A stretch of DNA of 64,000 nucleotides from assembly GCA_951406725.2 (NCBI GenBank), contig OX597837.1, forward strand, positions 25,978,001 to 26,042,000. Direction: 5' to 3'. Shown here one piece after another: positions 61,197 to 64,000 of this stretch (position 1 is the first letter of the stretch; every line of letters starts with the position of its first letter). The position numbers were made by a program, and so were the translations under genes. This stretch comes from Octopus vulgaris (lineage: Eukaryota). Under the pieces are notes generated by a model. That model ran no database searches. It saw nothing but the letters and a program-made list of their open reading frames with translations, and had not been told where the DNA came from.

Positions 61197-62130
61197 ATGA
61201 GAGCTCAAAGTCTCTCGTGGAAGCGCCATCCAACCAAAATGCAAATATATGGGAAACTACCACCTGTGTCATCTCTTGTGAAAGGTAGGAGAGTCCAGTT
61301 TGCTGGACATTGTTGTAGAGCTGAAAAAGAGGTAATTTCTACTCTTCTCCTCTGGAAGCCATCTACTTGCAATACCAGAGGGTGCACACTCTCCTACCCT
61401 GATGTAATCTCCAGGGATACAGGCATCCAGCAACAGGACCTCTGTAATGCCATTATGGACAGTGAAGTCTGGCGTAGTATGGTAAATTCTACTCTTCTCC
61501 TCTGGAAGCCATCTACTCGCAATACCAGAGGGCGCACACTCTCCTACCCTGATGTAATCTCCAGGGATACAGGCATCCAGCAACAGGACCTCTGTAATGC
61601 CATGATGGACCGTGAAGTCTGGCGTAGCATGGTAAGTTCTACTCTTCTCCTCTGGAAGCCATCTACTCGCAATACCAGAGGGCGCACACTCTCCTACCCT
61701 GATGTAATCTCCAGGGATACAGGCATCCAGCAACAGGACCTCCATAATGCCATGATGGACCGTGAAGTCTGGCGTAGCATGGTAAATTCTACTCTTCTCC
61801 TCTGGAAGCCATCTACTCGCAATACCAGAGGACGCACACTCTCCTACCCTGATGTAATCTCCAGGGATACAGGCATCCAGCAAACAGGACCTCCGTAATG
61901 CCATGATGGACCGTGAAGTCTGGCGTAGCATGGTAAATTCTACTCTTCTCCTCTGGAAGCCATCTACTCGCAATACCAGAGGGCGCACACTCTCCTACCT
62001 TGGTGTAATCTCTAGGAATACAGGCATCCAGCAACAGGACCTCCGTAATGCCATGATGGACCGTGAAGTCTGGCGTAGCATGGTAAATTCCATTGTCTCG
62101 ACCACGGCCGAACAATGATGATGATGATGA
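61197..62130 (+). mobile_element. RTE-clade LINE 3' fragment with a 150-bp segment repeated five times
   Basis: SWKRHPTKMQIYGKLPPVS..RRVQFAGHC, then (TLLLWKP...DREVWRSMVNS) x5, native stop and (GAT)n tail; single-copy form at 36383-36631. Confidence 0.92.
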
Positions 62131-62151
62131 TTCTTCAGCTCAAAATAAGAT

Positions 62152-62494
62152 CAAGAGTACAAATCTCTGCAAAGGCAACACCTCTGGCTAATCCTCTCAA
62201 CGATTAGCCAGAGATGATTTTTAAAGTGAGAATATCTGAAATAAACTCGACTGCTCTCACAAACGAGAATACTAAAAATCAACCTGACCACTCTTGAAAA
62301 TTAAGTAAAAAATAGGAAAAATAATTTAGAATCCTTGTCTGGTACAGATCAATTCCAAAATTTAATCAGTTCGTGCCAGTCATAATGCTGAACATCTCTG
62401 AAAGTTTCACCTGAATCCATCAAGCAGTTCTTGAGGTATCTTGTCCACGGACAAACAAACAAACACAACTGAAAATAATACCTCCGCTTTGGTA
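62152..62494. mobile_element. Family F element, second copy
   Basis: Colinear with 51691-52239 minus the insertion. Confidence 0.7.
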
Positions 62495-62715
62495 ATAAAA
62501 ATGATGATGATGATCGTGATAGTGATGATGATGATGATGGTGGTGGTGGTATACTGAAGGATATTAGAATCGAAACACATGTCGTTAACCTGCAGAAAAG
62601 TGTCCTCCTGTACTGTACAAGAATTCTAAGAAATATTCTTAAGATTTGAGGAGACTTATTGTCACCAAATCTCAGGATAACATTTCTGCTCATTAAATTA
62701 GCATTTAAAAGCTTT

Positions 62716-62795
62716 ACTACTACTGCTGCTACTACTACTACTACCACCACCACAACTACTACTACTACCACTACCAACACCACTACTACTACCAT

Positions 62796-62855
<60 letters not shown>

Positions 62856-62950
62856 CACCACCACCACCACCACCACCACCACCACCACCACCACCACCAC
62901 TACTACTACTAATACTACTACTACTACTATTACTACTACTACTACTACAA
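62716..62950. repeat. (ACT)n/(ACC)n trinucleotide repeat
   Basis: Source of the poly-Thr and poly-Val ORFs. Confidence 0.95.
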
Positions 62951-63189
62951 TAATGCCAATGATGATGATGAATCAGGCTGTTTTTGTTTTGTGTTTTTTT
63001 TTTTAACTGAAAATATTTCCTGAAATGAATTCCAAAACTTTTGTGGAAAGAATAATTGTGTGTGGGGAGGCACAGGTATCAGAAATTAATGGCAAGGCAA
63101 ATGGGGAAGAAATGTAAGAATGGAGGAGAAGAAGATTGATTGAGAAATATATAAAACGGTAAGAATGGGAGAATAATTGGGTGAATAAA

Positions 63190-63890
63190 AGGGGAGAAAG
63201 AGAGAGGGAGAGTAAGAGGAGAGTGAGAGGAGAGTAAGAGAGTAAATAAGAGAATGAGAGTGTAAAAGAGAGAATAAAAGAGAGAGGGAGAGGAAGAAAA
63301 AGAGAGAGCAGGAAATATTAAGATAGAGAGAGAGTACGAGAGGGAGAGTAAGAAAAGGAGAGAGGGAGAGTAAGAGAGTAAATAAGAGAATGAGAGAGTG
63401 TGAAAGAGAGAATAAAAGAGAGAGGGAGAGGAAGATTAAGATAGAGAAAGAGAGAGTAAGAGAGGGAGAGTAAGAGAAGGAGAGAGGGAGAGTAAGAGAG
63501 TAAATAAGAGAATGAGAGAGTGTGAAAGAGAGAAAGAGAGAGGGAGAGTAAGAGTAAGAGAGTAAATAAGAGAATGAGAGAGTGTGAAAGAGAGAATAAA
63601 AGAGAGAGGGAGAGGAAGATTAAGAGAGAGTAAGAGAAGGAGAGTAAGAGAAGGGGAGAGGGAGAGTAAGAGAGTAAATAAGAGAATGAGAGAGTGTGAA
63701 AGAGAGAATAAAAGAGAGATGGAGAGGAAGAAAAAGAGAGAGCAGGGAAGATTAAGATAGAGAAAGAGAGAGTAAAGAGAGAGTAAGAGAGGGAGAGTAA
63801 GAAAGAGAGTCAGAGAGAGAAAGAGATAAATAGAGATAGGTAGATAGACAGAGATAGATAGATAGATAGATAGATAGACAGAGAAAGAGA
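63190..63890. repeat. GA-rich minisatellite followed by (GATA)n
   Basis: GAGAGTAAGAGAGTAAATAAGAGAATGAGAG...TGTGAAAGAGAG recurs about five times. Confidence 0.9.
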
Positions 63891-64000
63891 TGGGGAAGGG
63901 ATCTATTTATTTTCATTTCCTTTAGTTTCTCTATTGATAAATTGATTTGTGACAGACTAAAAGTCCTGGATTGGTGCCTTGTTGCCAGAGTGAATTGAAC

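Overview
Repeat-saturated, AT-rich animal DNA, intronic or intergenic. The SINE repertoire and dense microsatellites suggest an octopus or other cephalopod genome; this is an inference from recalled repeat families, not a database result. I can support no host protein-coding exon: nearly all ORFs in the track come from microsatellites or SINEs. The window contains about 25 copies or fragments of a tRNA/CORE-type SINE (family A), about 25 of a second tRNA-headed SINE with alternative tails (family B), a (GAT)n-tailed retroposon (family C) and two rarer tRNA SINEs (D, E). It also has 3' fragments of RTE, CR1, L1/Tx1-like and RLE (HERO-like) LINEs, piggyBac-, hAT- and Tc2-like MITEs, and Helitron/Helentron-like elements. 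Most notable: (1) family B shares its 3' end with an L1/Tx1-like LINE fragment in the same window and repeatedly ends at GGTAT, a motif also present in its own head, which could explain its head-to-tail arrays; (2) two satellites (78 bp x ~42, an open 1127-codon frame, and 150 bp x 5) are built from the C-terminal coding end of RTE LINEs; (3) two inverted Penelope-like repeats carry minimal hammerhead-ribozyme motifs; (4) an inverted pair of composite SINE junctions lies ~5.5 kb apart. Coordinates were counted by eye and may be off by a few bases. Family letters are my own labels.
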